Shown in pieces: positions 1 through 11,695 of a DNA stretch of 64,000 bases (positions are counted from its first letter, which is position 1; every line of letters begins with the position of its first letter). The position numbers and the translations under genes are program-made. The stretch is from Lingula anatina (taxonomy: Eukaryota > Animalia > Brachiopoda). The stretch lies in assembly GCA_051362555.1 (NCBI GenBank), contig CM120646.1, forward strand, positions 3,410,001 to 3,474,000. Direction: 5' to 3'. Under the pieces are notes generated by a model. The model was not told where the DNA came from and searched no databases. It was given only the letters and a program-made list of their open reading frames with translations.

Positions 1-1233
1 GCGACGGCGAGGACACACCAATCAGACACACCAATCAGGATTACATGTGTCTGTATATAGATAGCAAAAAGAAAGAAAACGCGGTATTCCGGCGGCTGGT
101 TTCCTTAACAACGTACCAACAAATAACTGACAACAAATAAACAGCCTATCAGACATCCCCTGCACATGCTATACAAACAAACCGACAACTTGGCCAATTA
201 ACTTGGTCATTTAACTTGCCCGTTATGCTGTTAACAATGCAAAGACGACCTAAAGAATGGGCCCAGCCAGGGTGTTATAAACATGGGGCACGTATGAATA
301 AGGGGACTGCGTAGTGAGCTCAAATCGTAGGATGTTAGGCAGAAAGATCCCATTGCGTCCCAGGTTTTAACTTTTAATTTCAAACCTTTAAGTCAAGAAG
401 AAATGTGAATAAGGCAGACCCAACCCACTCCACCAATAAACACTTTTATTAATCTTATTCTCATTTTGTGATTTTAAAATTTTGCGTTATTGTACATTTG
501 TTTAAATTGACCACTTATACGTTGCAAGGTATTCTGATATAGCTACTAGAGGGCTATATTTATAACGGAAAAATAACATTATATAAAAAAGCCCCGTATA
601 GACCCGCCGTCGTTTTCTTTGTCAACGTACAAACACAACTCGACAAACCCCATGACTCATTTGATACCCCCTGTATTGACAATAACAAAAAAAAAAAAGC
701 CCTCGGATGAAGTCTATACAATAGGGTCTACAAACAATTTTGCGATCACGATCATTAGCTGTAACCTGAGTAACATACCTATTTTGTATTTAAACTATAT
801 TAATTTATGCTATATTTATATATTTGTCCAATGATCCATTTGTTAATTATTCCAGTTGTCATTCTTTATATTTTCATATATCAATTTATAATACATTTAC
901 ATCAAATAATACTAATTGTAAAATATTATATATATAGGAAGAGAAATAAAGAAACTAAGTTAAATTTGAATGAATTGAAAAAAATTATAAGGTGGTATAT
1001 TGAAGTAGAAAAATTCAGGTACATTAGTAAAGGTGAGAAAGAAAAGTTAAACAAAAATGGACATCATTAATACACTTGTTTCAGAAAGAAGGAGTGAGTG
1101 AGTGAGCGAGAGAACAATTTATGTAATTTGTAACAACATTTTCTTTCTGGGAGAATAAATACATCTAAAAAAATTATAATACATCGAGGGAGAGGGAGAG
1201 AGAGATAGATAAGATCGAATCATCTATTTTGTG

Positions 1234-1752
1234 CTACCGACCTTGTTCCGGCTGTGAAACACTCGCAGTCAGCGCTCTCCGCAGATCACCCAGTGCTTTT
1301 TGATCTTTAGGAAGGACTTCATTAGCATTAAAGTAAAGGCGTCTTATAGCTCTATATTTCTCCATCTTGTTAAAAGTATCTTGTACGGTAACGCCAAGAG
1401 CACATACGGGTATGAACTGGGGACGTCCCAACCGATCTAGAAAGGCACTTTCAGCAATATGTTCGCTCCAGCAGTCTTGGATGAAAGCCGGGCACATGAC
1501 TGGTACAATAAACTTTGACTCTTTTAAAGCATTAAAAAGTGCCTCAAAAACTCTTTGCCCAGGGTTCACGTCTCTGTGGGGATAGAATACTTTAAGTTTA
1601 CATTCTTTTTCCAAATATTCCAAGAGCGCTTCCGTAAATTTTTCACTTCTCGTTATAGCTTCCTCGTCTGCGTTTCCTGTTAACATTGTTCTGTCACAGC
1701 TCAACAATAAAACGTCATATTTCCTCTGCTCCGATTTGCAACTTGCCGCCAT
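1234..1752 (-). CDS. TIR-domain exon, class A (172 aa if unspliced); its tail exons would lie left of the window
   Basis: TIR hallmarks: YDVLLLS (box 1/betaA), KVFYPHRDVNPG (BB loop RDxxPG), SKFIVPVMCPAFIQDCW (betaC-alphaC), FIPV (betaD). In-frame TGA two codons before the ATG. Donor-like AG|GTCGGT at 1242. Confidence 0.88.
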   Translation of the reverse strand: MAASCKSEQRKYDVLLLSCDRTMLTGNADEEAITRSEKFTEALLEYLEKECKLKVFYPHRDVNPGQRVFEALFNALKESKFIVPVMCPAFIQDCWSEHIAESAFLDRLGRPQFIPVCALGVTVQDTFNKMEKYRAIRRLYFNANEVLPKDQKALGDLRRALTASVSQPEQGR

Positions 1753-2846
1753 ATCTCAGATAGGACTATTGATTTGTGAGTTCAATCTTCTTGTGTACAG
1801 TGTCCTAACAACGAGCTTTCCGACCTCTGCCAGTGTGTAAACCTATATATATTTTGGCCCCTTACTGTCAAGCGGAGAAAACTGAAGTGCCGTCGTGTGG
1901 ACAACAATACAGGGAATATGTTTATATGTTGTTGCGTTTCCAACCAACGCCGCCATTTTGTTATACAGTACAATATGCTTTATTCCAATAATCAATGATT
2001 GCATTTGTCAGTCTTTAAAAATATAGTGCAGAGAAAGCCACATGTAAACGGGTAAAATTCATTAGAAGAAAAAATGAAAGAAATATATATAGAAATATAT
2101 CGATTGATATTGCTTTATTTTAACATTTGAGCAACTTGTATAACATTAACATCTAAAGCAAAGTACCAGCAATGAAAATATGTCAATATTGTTACACCCA
2201 ACATTGATTAAAGCAATGCAAAAATACATGAATGTGGCCAAAATGGTTAGTTTTTATTTTAATGTGGTGATTATTTTATTTCATACTTTAGACAGTTAGC
2301 CAGTGAACACTAAATTCTCTTTTAAAACTTGGAGCACTCTTCAATTTCAGCCAAAAATTAAATTTCACAAATTTATCTGCGTTCCAGTATCAGTTCATAT
2401 TTGCATCTGAATTAATTAATCTTTAATAAATAGCACTTGTCTACAAACCATGTCATGTGTGCAAAAACTTGCATATTAAACTAAAAACAATGTACTTTTT
2501 GACTGCATACACCTTTCTTTAGGTGGTTCAAACCTAAGATAATATGACAAATTTAGGTACACTGATTACCAATAAATATTATTATAAACAACAGCCAGCA
2601 CAGCTCAAAAATATTTTTTTATCCCTTAAAAGTTCGTCAAAAGTTGTGACCAAATTCAACTCACATTCTAAATTCTACTTAAAAACTAGACAGCAGAGCT
2701 GAGAAATATACAGATACCATAGAGGAAACAAGGCAGCAAAGCTGACAAATGTTCAGTACACAGAAAAGAGTGCGCCAAATAATATTTTGACCAATTTTAG
2801 TGTACTGTTTCCGGGTACATAATGCTTTGTAACAGCATAATCACTC

Positions 2847-2929
2847 TTATCTTCTTACATTATGTACTACAGGTAACATGGACATTGAAATACCACCAAG
2901 TAATTCAGTTTCATGGGATAGAAAAGCCA
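2847..2929 (-). other. Candidate short alternative or terminal exon (V)AFLSHETELLGGISMSMLPVVHNVRR*
   Basis: Acceptor ttttacacattttcag and open frame in phase 1, matching the TIR-exon donor. Homologues occur in every unit (e.g. 11207-11289, 40756-40834). Confidence 0.3.
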
Positions 2930-3086
2930 CTGAAAATGTGTAAAAAATAAAATAAATATTAAAAAAAGATTAATTACCGTAAACGTAAACCTATCATGTA
3001 AATCAGGATTACATGTGTCTGTATATAAATAGCAAAAAGAAAGAAAACGCGGTATTCCGGCGGCTGGTTTCCTTAACAACGTACCA

Positions 3087-4043
3087 CACCCAAACCCAAT
3101 ATAGAGGTGTAATTGATGTCACAAGCATGTTATTAAAAATATTTACTGCACAGATTGCTAACTGTGTTTGATTATTTTAGGGTCCCACATGAAGAAGCTT
3201 GTATAAAAGTTTCACTCTCCTGGAACCATGAATAATTAAAAATAATTCATCGTTTAACCCCAAAAAGGAACATACGTTACTGTTACAAATACAAAACGTC
3301 CAACTGTGAAGCCTTCTACTGACTTTGAAAATTCAGTCATCACTGGTTTTGTGCATTGATTTATCTCCTACATGTATAACGTTGCTAAAAATTATAATAA
3401 TCTTCTGTATAGACCAGTTAATTGTTTTTTTGCGACTTAAGTTTGCTTGTCACAGAATATTAAAAAATGGGGAAAATTCACCCTACCGACAGTAAAATAA
3501 GCATTAAATAATCATGTTTCCCTTCATGATCCAAAGATTATATCAGAAATGTCAAACTATCATGGAACCACAATATATTGTTCGGTCAGCAAAAGAAAAC
3601 ATTGTATCTCTTGCACACAAGTACTTGAACAAAATTAAACATTTTGACAATTTTTCTAGGGAACATACGTTACCTAGTATAAGCCATGACGCAAAGCCCC
3701 TTGAGATACATTTTAAATATTTTTAAAAACGTCCTTACGTCATGTCTAATTTACCATGACTGAACCACTAAAAAACATATCGGAACGCGGCATAAAAATG
3801 AAAATTAAGTGGCAAGAACATACGTTACCGTACGTTTTTTGGAACATACGTTACCATATAGGGCTCTTTGCTTAATGTTAAAGATATGGTAAAAATTAAA
3901 AATTGAATTTCAGTTGAGACAGTCGTGGATTTTTGTTCTATACACATATATGTTTTGAAATATTGAATACAATTTTGAATTCATTCATTTTTATTTTTTG
4001 ACACTTCAACATGTGAAATGCACCTCTATATTGGGTTTGGGTG
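3087..4043. mobile_element. Non-autonomous DNA transposon, CAC...GTG termini with 4-bp TSD (Chapaev/CMC-like)
   Basis: 23-bp perfect terminal inverted repeats CACCCAAACCCAATATAGAGGTG. ACCA is duplicated at 3083-3086 and 4044-4047. The empty site cgtACCAacaaat is seen at ~113-125. Internal motif GAACATACGTTAC occurs four times. No transposase ORF. Confidence 0.85.
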
Positions 4044-5832
4044 ACCAACAAATAACTGACAACAAATAAACAGCCTATCAGACATTTGAAACCCTCTGTA
4101 TTGACTAAAACAACAGAAAAGCAACTAAGTGTGTATACAAGCAATATGGGGAGCGAATGGTGACCTCAGATTATTCCAATCTCTAAGTCAAGAACAAATG
4201 TAAATATGGCGCTTGATTACACCCCACCCCCGTCCACTAAGTAACCTAGTTTTTTCGCGATGACGGTTATATGCATAAGGATAAGGATGTTTTGTTTTAT
4301 AATATTTTTTATTAAAGAGATAACAGCTCTTCATATCAAATTAAAAAGCCCACAATGCATACATGTACATTGTAAGCAACACAGAGAAATCTTATAAATT
4401 CCATTCTACAACCAAAACGGTGGCTAGCGCAATTATTCTAAAATCTGCTTGCCATCGGACATCGTGGACCTTCATAGTTAGCTACCCTACGACCCTCCCC
4501 CCACCCCCCACCCCCCAAAAAAAAACACTTAAAAATCATGCAATCGACTAACTTTGAATGTTGGAGCAGATTCATTATCCACTACTAAAGATGGGAACAC
4601 CGTCGGTCACTTTTCCAGAAAAAAAATTAAACTTTGGTCTGTAAACACCATGGACCCATGGTCATTTACATTTTTTTTAATTGATCACTTTTACGTTGCA
4701 AGGTATTCTGATATAATATCTGGAAAAGGAAAGACCCACTGTTGGCTTCTTTGTCAACGTGCTGAACTCGACTCAGCCCATGACTCATTTGAAATCCCCA
4801 GTGTTGACAATAACAAAAAAAGCCCCTCGCTTGGAAAAAATCTATAGCCTACAAAAGGGTCTACAAACATTGGCACTTATGAATAAGGAGACTGCGTAGT
4901 GAGCTCTAATCGGAGGATGTGAGGCAGAAAGATCCCCTTGCGTCCCAGGTTTTAATTTTTAATTTCAAACCTGTCAGTCAAGAAGAAATGTGAATAAGGT
5001 GGACTCAACCCACTCAACCAATAAACAATTTTATTAATCTTATTCTCAATTAGTGATTTATATTATTGTACATTTGTTTAAATTGACCACTTATACGTTG
5101 CAAGGTATCCTGATATAGCTACTAGAGGGCTATATTTATAACGGAAAAATAATATTGTATAAAAAAAGTCCCGTATAGACCCACCGTTGTTTTTTTTTTT
5201 GTCAACGTGCAAAAACAACTCGACAAAGCCCATGACTCATTTGATACATGTACCCCCTGTATTGACAATAACAAAAAAAGCCCCTCTCTCGGATGAAGTC
5301 TATACAGTAGGGTCTACAAACAGTTTCGCGATCACGATCATTAGCTGTAACCTGAGTAACATACCTATTTTGTATTTAAACTATATTAATTTATGCTATA
5401 TTTATATATTTGTCCAATGATCCATTTGTTCATTATTCCAGTTGTCTTTCTTTATATTTTCATATATCAATTTATAATACATTTACATCAAATAATAATA
5501 ATTGTAAAATATTATATATATAGGAAGAGAATTAAAGAAACTAAGTTAAATTTTAATGAATTGGAAAAAAATGATAAGGTGGTATTTTGAAGTAGAAAAA
5601 TTCAGGTACATTAGTAAAGGTGAGAAAGAAAAGTTAAACAAAAATGGACATCATTAATACACTTGTTTCAGAAAGAAGACGAATGAATGAGGAGTGAGTG
5701 AGTGAGCGAGAGAACAATTTATGTAATTTGTAACAACATTTTCTTTCTGGGAGAATAAATATATTTCAAAAAATTATAACACATCGAGGGAGAGGGAGAG
5801 AGAGATAGATAAGATCGAATCATCTATTTGTG

Positions 5833-6352
5833 CTACTGACCTTGTTCCGGCTGTGAAACACTCGCAGTCAGCGCTCTCCGCAGATCACCCAGCGCTTTTT
5901 TTGTCTTTAGGAAGGACTTCATTAGCATTAAAGTAAAGGGATCTTATAACTCTATATTTCTTCATTTTGTCGTTAATATCTTGGACGGTAACGCCAAGGG
6001 CACATACGGGTATGAACTGGGCACGTCCCAACCGATCTAGAAAGGCACTATCAGCAATATATTTGCTCCAGCAGTCTTGGATGAACGCCGGGCACATGAC
6101 TGGTACAATAAACTTCGACTTTTCTAAAGCATTAAAAAGTGCCTCAAAAACAGGTTGCCCAGGGTTCACGTCTCTGCGGGCATAGAATACATTAAGTTTA
6201 CATTCTTTTTCCAAATATTCCAAGAGCGCTTCCGTAAATTTTTCACTTCTCGTTATAGCTTCCTCGTCTGCGTTTCCTGTAAACATTGTTCTGTCACAGC
6301 TCAACAATAAAACGTCATATTTCCTCTGCTCCGATCTGCAACTTGCCGCCAT
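5833..6352 (-). pseudogene. TIR-domain exon, class B, with +1 frameshift near the 3' end (real lesion or homopolymer error)
   Basis: Nearly identical to 17306-17824, but T7 at 5896-5902 versus T6 in sister copies ends the ORF at 155 aa (...KDKKSAG*). Confidence 0.7.
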
Positions 6353-6649
6353 ATCTCAGATAGGACTATTGATTTGTGAGTTCAATCTTCTTGTGTACAG
6401 TGTCCTAACAACGAGCTTTCCGACCTCTGCCAGTGTGTAAACCTATATATATTTTGGCCCCTTACTGTCAAGCGGAGAAAACTGAAGTGCCGTCGTGTGG
6501 ACAACAATACAGGGAATATGTTTATATGTTGTTGCGTTTCCAACCAACGCCGCCATTTTGTTATACAGTGCATTTATGCTTTATTCCAATAATCAATGAT
6601 TGCATTTGTCAGTCTTTAAAAATATAGTGCAGAGAAAGCCACATGTAAA

Positions 6650-6975
6650 CGGGTACTTTCGGGTCTTTTGTGACATTCTTTTAAGTTTTAATATGAAAAA
6701 TAAGTTAGAAAACTCTCCTTTATCTGATATACAGAAACCAATAGTCTAAAACAAGTGGGGCACTTGCGCTGAGGTGATTCATCCCCAGAAATGGACTGCA
6801 TGACGTCACGCATAGCCCACTGCGCATGCGTGCATTTTTAATACGTTTGCTAGATTGCCATAGATAAATGAATGGGTTCGCGATTCGTGGGTAATTCGTG
6901 ATACTTGACAAACTAACGGCCTGCTGTCGATAGACAGCAACGCTGTGCTATGCTTCAAGCAACTCCTGACCAATA
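6650..6975. promoter_or_regulatory. Putative promoter block upstream of the B/C-unit TIR ATG (repeated in all 7 units)
   Basis: Locally CpG-rich. Perfect CRE TGACGTCA at 6801-6808, NRF1-like TGCGCATGCGTGCA at 6821-6834, CCAAT at ~6738 and ~6970, imperfect kB-like GGGTACTTTC at 6651-6660. Lies 300-600 bp upstream of the ATG. Confidence 0.55.
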
Positions 6976-7129
6976 GGGTTTAAAAAAATTATGTTGTACA
7001 CACGTACTAAGAAGTTTGCCGTGCATTGCCTAGCCTACCCTCAGCAAAACGAAATTATTTTCAGAAATAGTGATTTTAGACTGTAGATTCACTCAGAAAC
7101 AAAGGCAAACTTATTCGTTGCCGATAGCA

Positions 7130-7145
7130 CCAGCAGATGGCAGCA
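7130..7145 (+). promoter_or_regulatory. CTCF-like motif CCAGCAGATGGCAGCA (also at 18601, 29617, 36717, 44517, 52367, 60184)
   Basis: Close visual match to the bilaterian CTCF core consensus. One per unit, same orientation, ~330 bp from the CRE. Confidence 0.5.
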
Positions 7146-7211
7146 CCATACAGAGTCTGTTTTAAAACTTTCATGGCAATTGAAGAACTTTTACCACTGT
7201 ACAATGGAGTC

Positions 7212-7212
<1 letters not shown>

Positions 7213-7257
<45 letters not shown>
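7213..7257 (+). repeat. Poly(A) tract, length variable between units
   Basis: Long A run here and much shorter runs at ~18683 and ~29700, with identical flanks. Confidence 0.9.
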
Positions 7258-7258
<1 letters not shown>

Positions 7259-8323
7259 CACTTGGCACAAATGTAAAACTGTCCAGTGCAAGGCCAAGAA
7301 TTCAATCATTTTCAATCATATTATCAGATTCTACATAAATTGACTGACAATATCACTATTTAATTAATCTCTTAATCCAAAATTCCTATCATCATTTAGT
7401 AATTATGCAAAATTCTTCTTTCAGATTGCTATTTATTTTAATTTTTTAATGCTGCAACTGTTCCAAAATAATCTTGCAGAAAAGGAAAAATACAAAATAG
7501 AAGTGGAAGACCATTTTTACTCAAATTATTCATTTATTTGAATATAAAAAGAATAAGATCACTATTTAACAACTTAAAATAATATTTCATGAACTCTTTC
7601 ATAAATAACATATTAAACAAAAATAATAGTTATAAATTAGTGGTAATGGCTTATTCTGAAATATATGACCTCTGCACACCATCAGTACTTGGTACAGTAT
7701 AGTTACTTCTTGGATACAGAGTTATATTTTTTATAATGTAACAATAAGAACAATATATATTACAATAAACTCCTCTGCACATGTCAGACGCTAGTTACTA
7801 CGAACTAACACTCGAGCACTTATCACAGAGTCTGTGTACGATGACATTGTTGTGCTGTGATTGGCTAGTTAAGTCACGTGAAGCCCTACTGTAGCGCCCT
7901 CGCGTATCGCGTGAAAGCTGCGCATTATTGGCCTTTCAGCCAGAACTTCTAACACAGTCAGCGAGCCTTTCAGATTCATGGTGAACTTACTAAATGTAGG
8001 TCTATTTAACACCTGTCTGTCTCGTTTTTTTTTTTCCTTTTTGACACATGCATTGCATTTTTAAACACGAACGCTTCTTATGTTTGAGAATTCTGAAATA
8101 TATGAAACGTCGCCAAGCTGACTTTAAAAATGTTAAAGACTGTCTTAACCAAACAGACTAAGCGTGCTCGAAAGGTATACTGGAGTATCTGATTTGTTTT
8201 GTTAAATGAGCTTTGAAATTTTCATCATATGACTAACAATGTCACATCACTCCAATGCAGAGGTACTCCTTCCATCTTAAAACATAAAAACACACGCATG
8301 CATGCATGCATACATGTATGAGC

Positions 8324-8350
8324 ACACACACACACACACACACACACACA
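8324..8350 (+). repeat. (CA)n microsatellite, one per unit, variable length
   Basis: Seen directly; also at ~19758, 30778, 37891, 45697, 53540 and 61368. Confidence 0.9.
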
Positions 8351-9295
8351 TTAAGCGATAAAAGGCAAAACCAATACATTTACCGTCCTGTGTCCTATAT
8401 TACTAGTTAACTGTCCTTATTAACAGTGTACTACATTAGGTTTACATAACATCTACCAGGGTGAGTGAGGTGATTTCTTTCAGTTTTAATTGTCACCTTT
8501 GCCAAAGATTGTAAAGATTTCCTTTGCCAAAGATTGTGAATTCTTCCAGACTATCTACATCTACAGTAGGTCTCGACTATAACTATTGCTGCATTTTTCT
8601 CCACTTCTAGACGAGGCCATATAAAATGTTTCACTAACTTTGGTAGGCCTATAATATTTTTAGGCCATTTAGAATTACAAACAACTTTGTGGGTACTGGT
8701 ATCAGCAGTGATTTTGGTCGGTGATTACACATTCATTGCCCCAAATCAAAACAATTATATATACTGGGTATTTGTCGATAAAAAAACAACGTAAACTTGA
8801 TTTTAGTATGATAGTGCTATGCCATAAATACCCAGTAAGCAATAAACAGAATATCCTCACATAACAATAACGCTGAGTTTTTGGTTTAAATAAAATGCTT
8901 TAAGTAATACAGGTCATGCATTTCTCGACTTCATACAATACGGTACGTTCTATTTACCTTTGCAAATTATTTTTATTATTATTATAATTATTATTGTTAC
9001 AATCTACATTCTATTATGGCTTCAACAAGGTCTAATATCATCACATAATTTACATATCAGAACGTCGTATTTAAAAAAGATATTTTATGCGCCGTTTGAG
9101 GCCCATAAACAGTTCATTAATGAACTGCCATCTCTTACTTCATCCTGGTGAAATATTTGGATGGACATCAAAGTTCTCTTAAACTTTTGCCAAAGTTTCT
9201 TTATGAAGAAACTTGATCACAACACATTAGATTTGATGGGTCTCAGTCTACACTTAAATTACTGGAATGTACACGAGTATTAACCTTACATTGTG

Positions 9296-9422
9296 CCATT
9301 AGTCAGTCTGTGCATTAGCCAGACCTAGCATTAGTCAGTCTTTGCATTAGCCAGACTTAGCATTAGTCAGTCTTTGCATTAGCCAGTCTCAACATTAGCC
9401 GGTCTTTGCATTAGTCAGTCTT
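9296..9422. repeat. 16-bp degenerate minisatellite (GCATTAGYCAGWCTxx, about 8 units) just downstream of the tail stop codon
   Basis: Alternating gcattagtcagtcttt / gcattagccagactta units. The copy at ~62357-62451 is two units shorter. Confidence 0.85.
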
Positions 9423-9447
9423 ATCAATGGCCATTCTTAGCATTGTT

Positions 9448-10466
9448 TTAAGCTGAGAACAGCTGTGGTGTCGAGTTTTCTGTACACAAAATACACATCC
9501 AGAAGACTGGGGCAACATCTCTAAGAAAAGATGACAGTGAACCCATCCAACCTCGCACAGAATTCTCGCTGCTTGCATCCTCCACAGCGTCTTGGCCCTG
9601 TCTCTCTTCGGCTGTGTCTTCGCCCATGGCTTCGCAATCCCTGTCTTCACGGTTTGGGCCCTGAAAAACTTTCGACTGTGTTTTGGACATAGGTGAGACG
9701 GGGCTGTACCAGTCCACAGGGGGTGAGGAAGAACCACGGTCTTCAGGAGCGGCCGCATTTCCCTCACTGAAATTCTGATTTAATGGCTCCAGTCGCGCTG
9801 TAACGGAGTCACGGCCGGTGCCAACATGCACAAGTGGTCGTGGTGGTAAATCCTGACTCAGATTATCCCCGGGAGAACTCGGACCTGGTTGAGGTTGTCC
9901 TTCCACAGTTTGGTGCCTTACATCGTCGTTGAAGTGCGGTCCATATGAGCTTTCGACCCTTGTCTGACGTACTCCATCCCGAGGTTCTAGTGTCTTCATT
10001 CCCTTGTTTTGAAAGGAATAAAGAAATAATTTAATTTAATTTGTTATATTACAAATAATATGTTTTAGAATGCACATGTTGAAATGACGACATCTGTTAT
10101 TCAAGTGTATTTGGATGATACACATTTAGGTCTCCTATTAGATCAAGAGCAAAACAAATATGAAAAACAAATCATTTACATGTGAGAACATGCAATTTAA
10201 CCAAAACGTTGATTTGTCGTGCAACTTTCGATTGTGGTATATATTTTTTGTCATTGCAGATATTCGGAGTAGTATATCACGTAATTAAACCTGAAGTAAC
10301 TATTGTTCATTAAATTAGATATGTATACCTCTTGCTGGCATTCCAAGCCGTCAGACTGTGTCTGGAGAAGAGGGGGAGGTTGGCCACCCCTGAAAAATTA
10401 AGAAAATGAAAATAAATGAAATTTGAAATAAGCTAAAATAACAACAATTTTATCAATTCCTTTTTA

Positions 10467-10514
<48 letters not shown>

Positions 10515-10984
10515 AGAAAATGGGAGGGGTCGAAATAGGTAAAGTTTGGTATTTCTCATTAGGTTTTAAGTTAAATAAAATCTTACTTCAGTATACAACC
10601 CATTTTTAAAGAAAACCAATTATAATAAAAGACATAAAACTTAAATTTAAAAATTCACAAAACGAAGCAGGAGGACGAGGGGGCTCCCTGTAGCCCTGTG
10701 TATCTGCCTCTCGGTATGCTTCTGACTATCAGATTATTTTATATATAATTATATATATATATATATATGGAATAATCTGATAATCATATTATTCCATATA
10801 TAATTATGATTAAATTTACACCTCATTCAGCTCTCAATCATGGAAACCACTCGGAGAGGAGTACAATGCATTATGGTTAAGATATTAACATACGTGACGC
10901 CGTCGCATGGCGGAACTGACTCTTCCTTTGGTCGACTTAATTCTCCATTGCTTTCATCGCCTGGTCCTTCGTTATTCCCGTCAT
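9448..10984 (-). CDS. Tail module 1: exons 10984-10894 (91 nt), 10389-10329 (61 nt), 10002-9448 (555 nt); disordered acidic/Pro-rich region with hydrophobic C-terminus
   Basis: tttgcag|ATGAC...GTCAC|gtatgt; tttttcag|GGGTG...AAGAG|gtatac; ttcctttcaaaacaag|GGAATG. Phases 1-2, 2-0 and 0 give one open frame: (D)DGNNEGPGDESNGELSRPKEESVPPCDGVTGGQPPPLLQTQSDGLECQQEG followed by MKTLEPRD... Confidence 0.75.
10468..10508 (+). repeat. (TC)n microsatellite in a tail intron, one per unit
   Basis: Seen directly; length and interruptions differ among units. Confidence 0.9.
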
Positions 10985-11339
10985 CTGCAAATATATTAAC
11001 AATATTTAAGGGACCAAATTCAACTCACATTCTAAATTCTACTTAAAAACTAGACAGCAGAGCTGAGAAATATACAGATACCATAGAGGAAACAAGGGAG
11101 CAAAGCTGACAAATGTTCAGTACACAGAAAAGATTGCGCCAAATAATATTTTGACTAATTTTAGTGCACTGTTTCCGGGTACATAATGCTTTAAAACAGC
11201 ATACTCTTATCTTCTTACATTATGTACTACAGGTAACATGGACACTGAACTACTAGCAAGTAATTCAGTTTCATGGGATAGAAAAGCCACTGAAAATGTG
11301 TAAAATAAAATAAATATAAAAAAAAGATTAATTACCGTA

Positions 11340-11695
11340 AACGTAAACCTATCATGCCGATTTTTGAAAGCAAGCTGCCTTTTAATCAAATAAAGCCACG
11401 AAGTAAATTTAAAGTAAAACGAAAATATAGTTTGATAACCGATAATGCTGATTTTTGAAAGCAACCTCATTATTTACCAAACAAAGCCACTCAGTAACTT
11501 TAAAGCAAAACAAAAATAAGGTTTAGAAGTTGTGGGGCGAACGTCACCAAAATGTGAAAAAAACGAATTATTGCCGTAAATGAAAACAGATCGTGCCGAT
11601 CTTCGAAAGTGACCTGCCTCTTTACCAATGAAAGCCACTCAGCAAATTTCAAGTAAAACAAAAATACGGTTTGGAAGTTATGGGGCGAAGGTCAT
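11340..11695. repeat. Old degenerate direct-repeat tract in the first intron (longer form at ~40880-41450)
   Basis: Recurrent motifs AAAGCCACTCAGTAA, TTTAAAGTAAAAC, GAAGTT.TGGGGCGAA and GAAAGCAACC. C-type units carry about one extra unit. Confidence 0.7.

Noticed and set aside
619-1070. Ile/Tyr/Lys-rich short ORFs and similar ones throughout (e.g. 7076, 8960, 10840)
   Set aside because: Products of AT-rich introns, poly-A runs or the antisense of small exons; their frames break between copies at homopolymers.
1367-1585. Plus-strand 72-96 aa ORFs overlapping TIR exons (also 43126, 43538 and equivalents)
   Set aside because: Antisense shadows of the TIR coding sequence; their recurrence only reflects duplication.
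1234-1752. Bacterial TIR defence system (Thoeris-like) or other prokaryotic operon
   Set aside because: The context is eukaryotic (spliceosomal introns, microsatellites, low coding density), no partner effector genes are present, and the catalytic Glu is absent.
9296-9422. CRISPR-like array
   Set aside because: Contiguous 16-bp units without unique spacers, and no cas genes; it is a minisatellite.
9411-9767. 118-aa ORF MREMRPLLK... overlapping the tail exon in another frame
   Set aside because: Alternative frame with a non-ATG start in the sequence; the upstream exon phases select the MKTLEP frame.
9815-9845. LVHVG as a RHIM-like amyloid core (TRIF analogy)
   Set aside because: It only loosely resembles (I/V)Q(I/V/L)G and lacks the flanking hydrophobic strand and Asn-rich context.
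10725-10812. AT-rich palindrome (tatcagattatt...aataatctgata) as a structured RNA
   Set aside because: It is built around a (TA)n run and is partly deleted in C-type units, so it is more simply a low-complexity intronic inverted repeat.
10937-10984. ATG at the start of the 91-nt exon as an independent start for the tail gene
   Set aside because: In A-type copies that frame stops after 15 codons; the open frame needs one upstream nucleotide, as supplied by the TIR exon donor.
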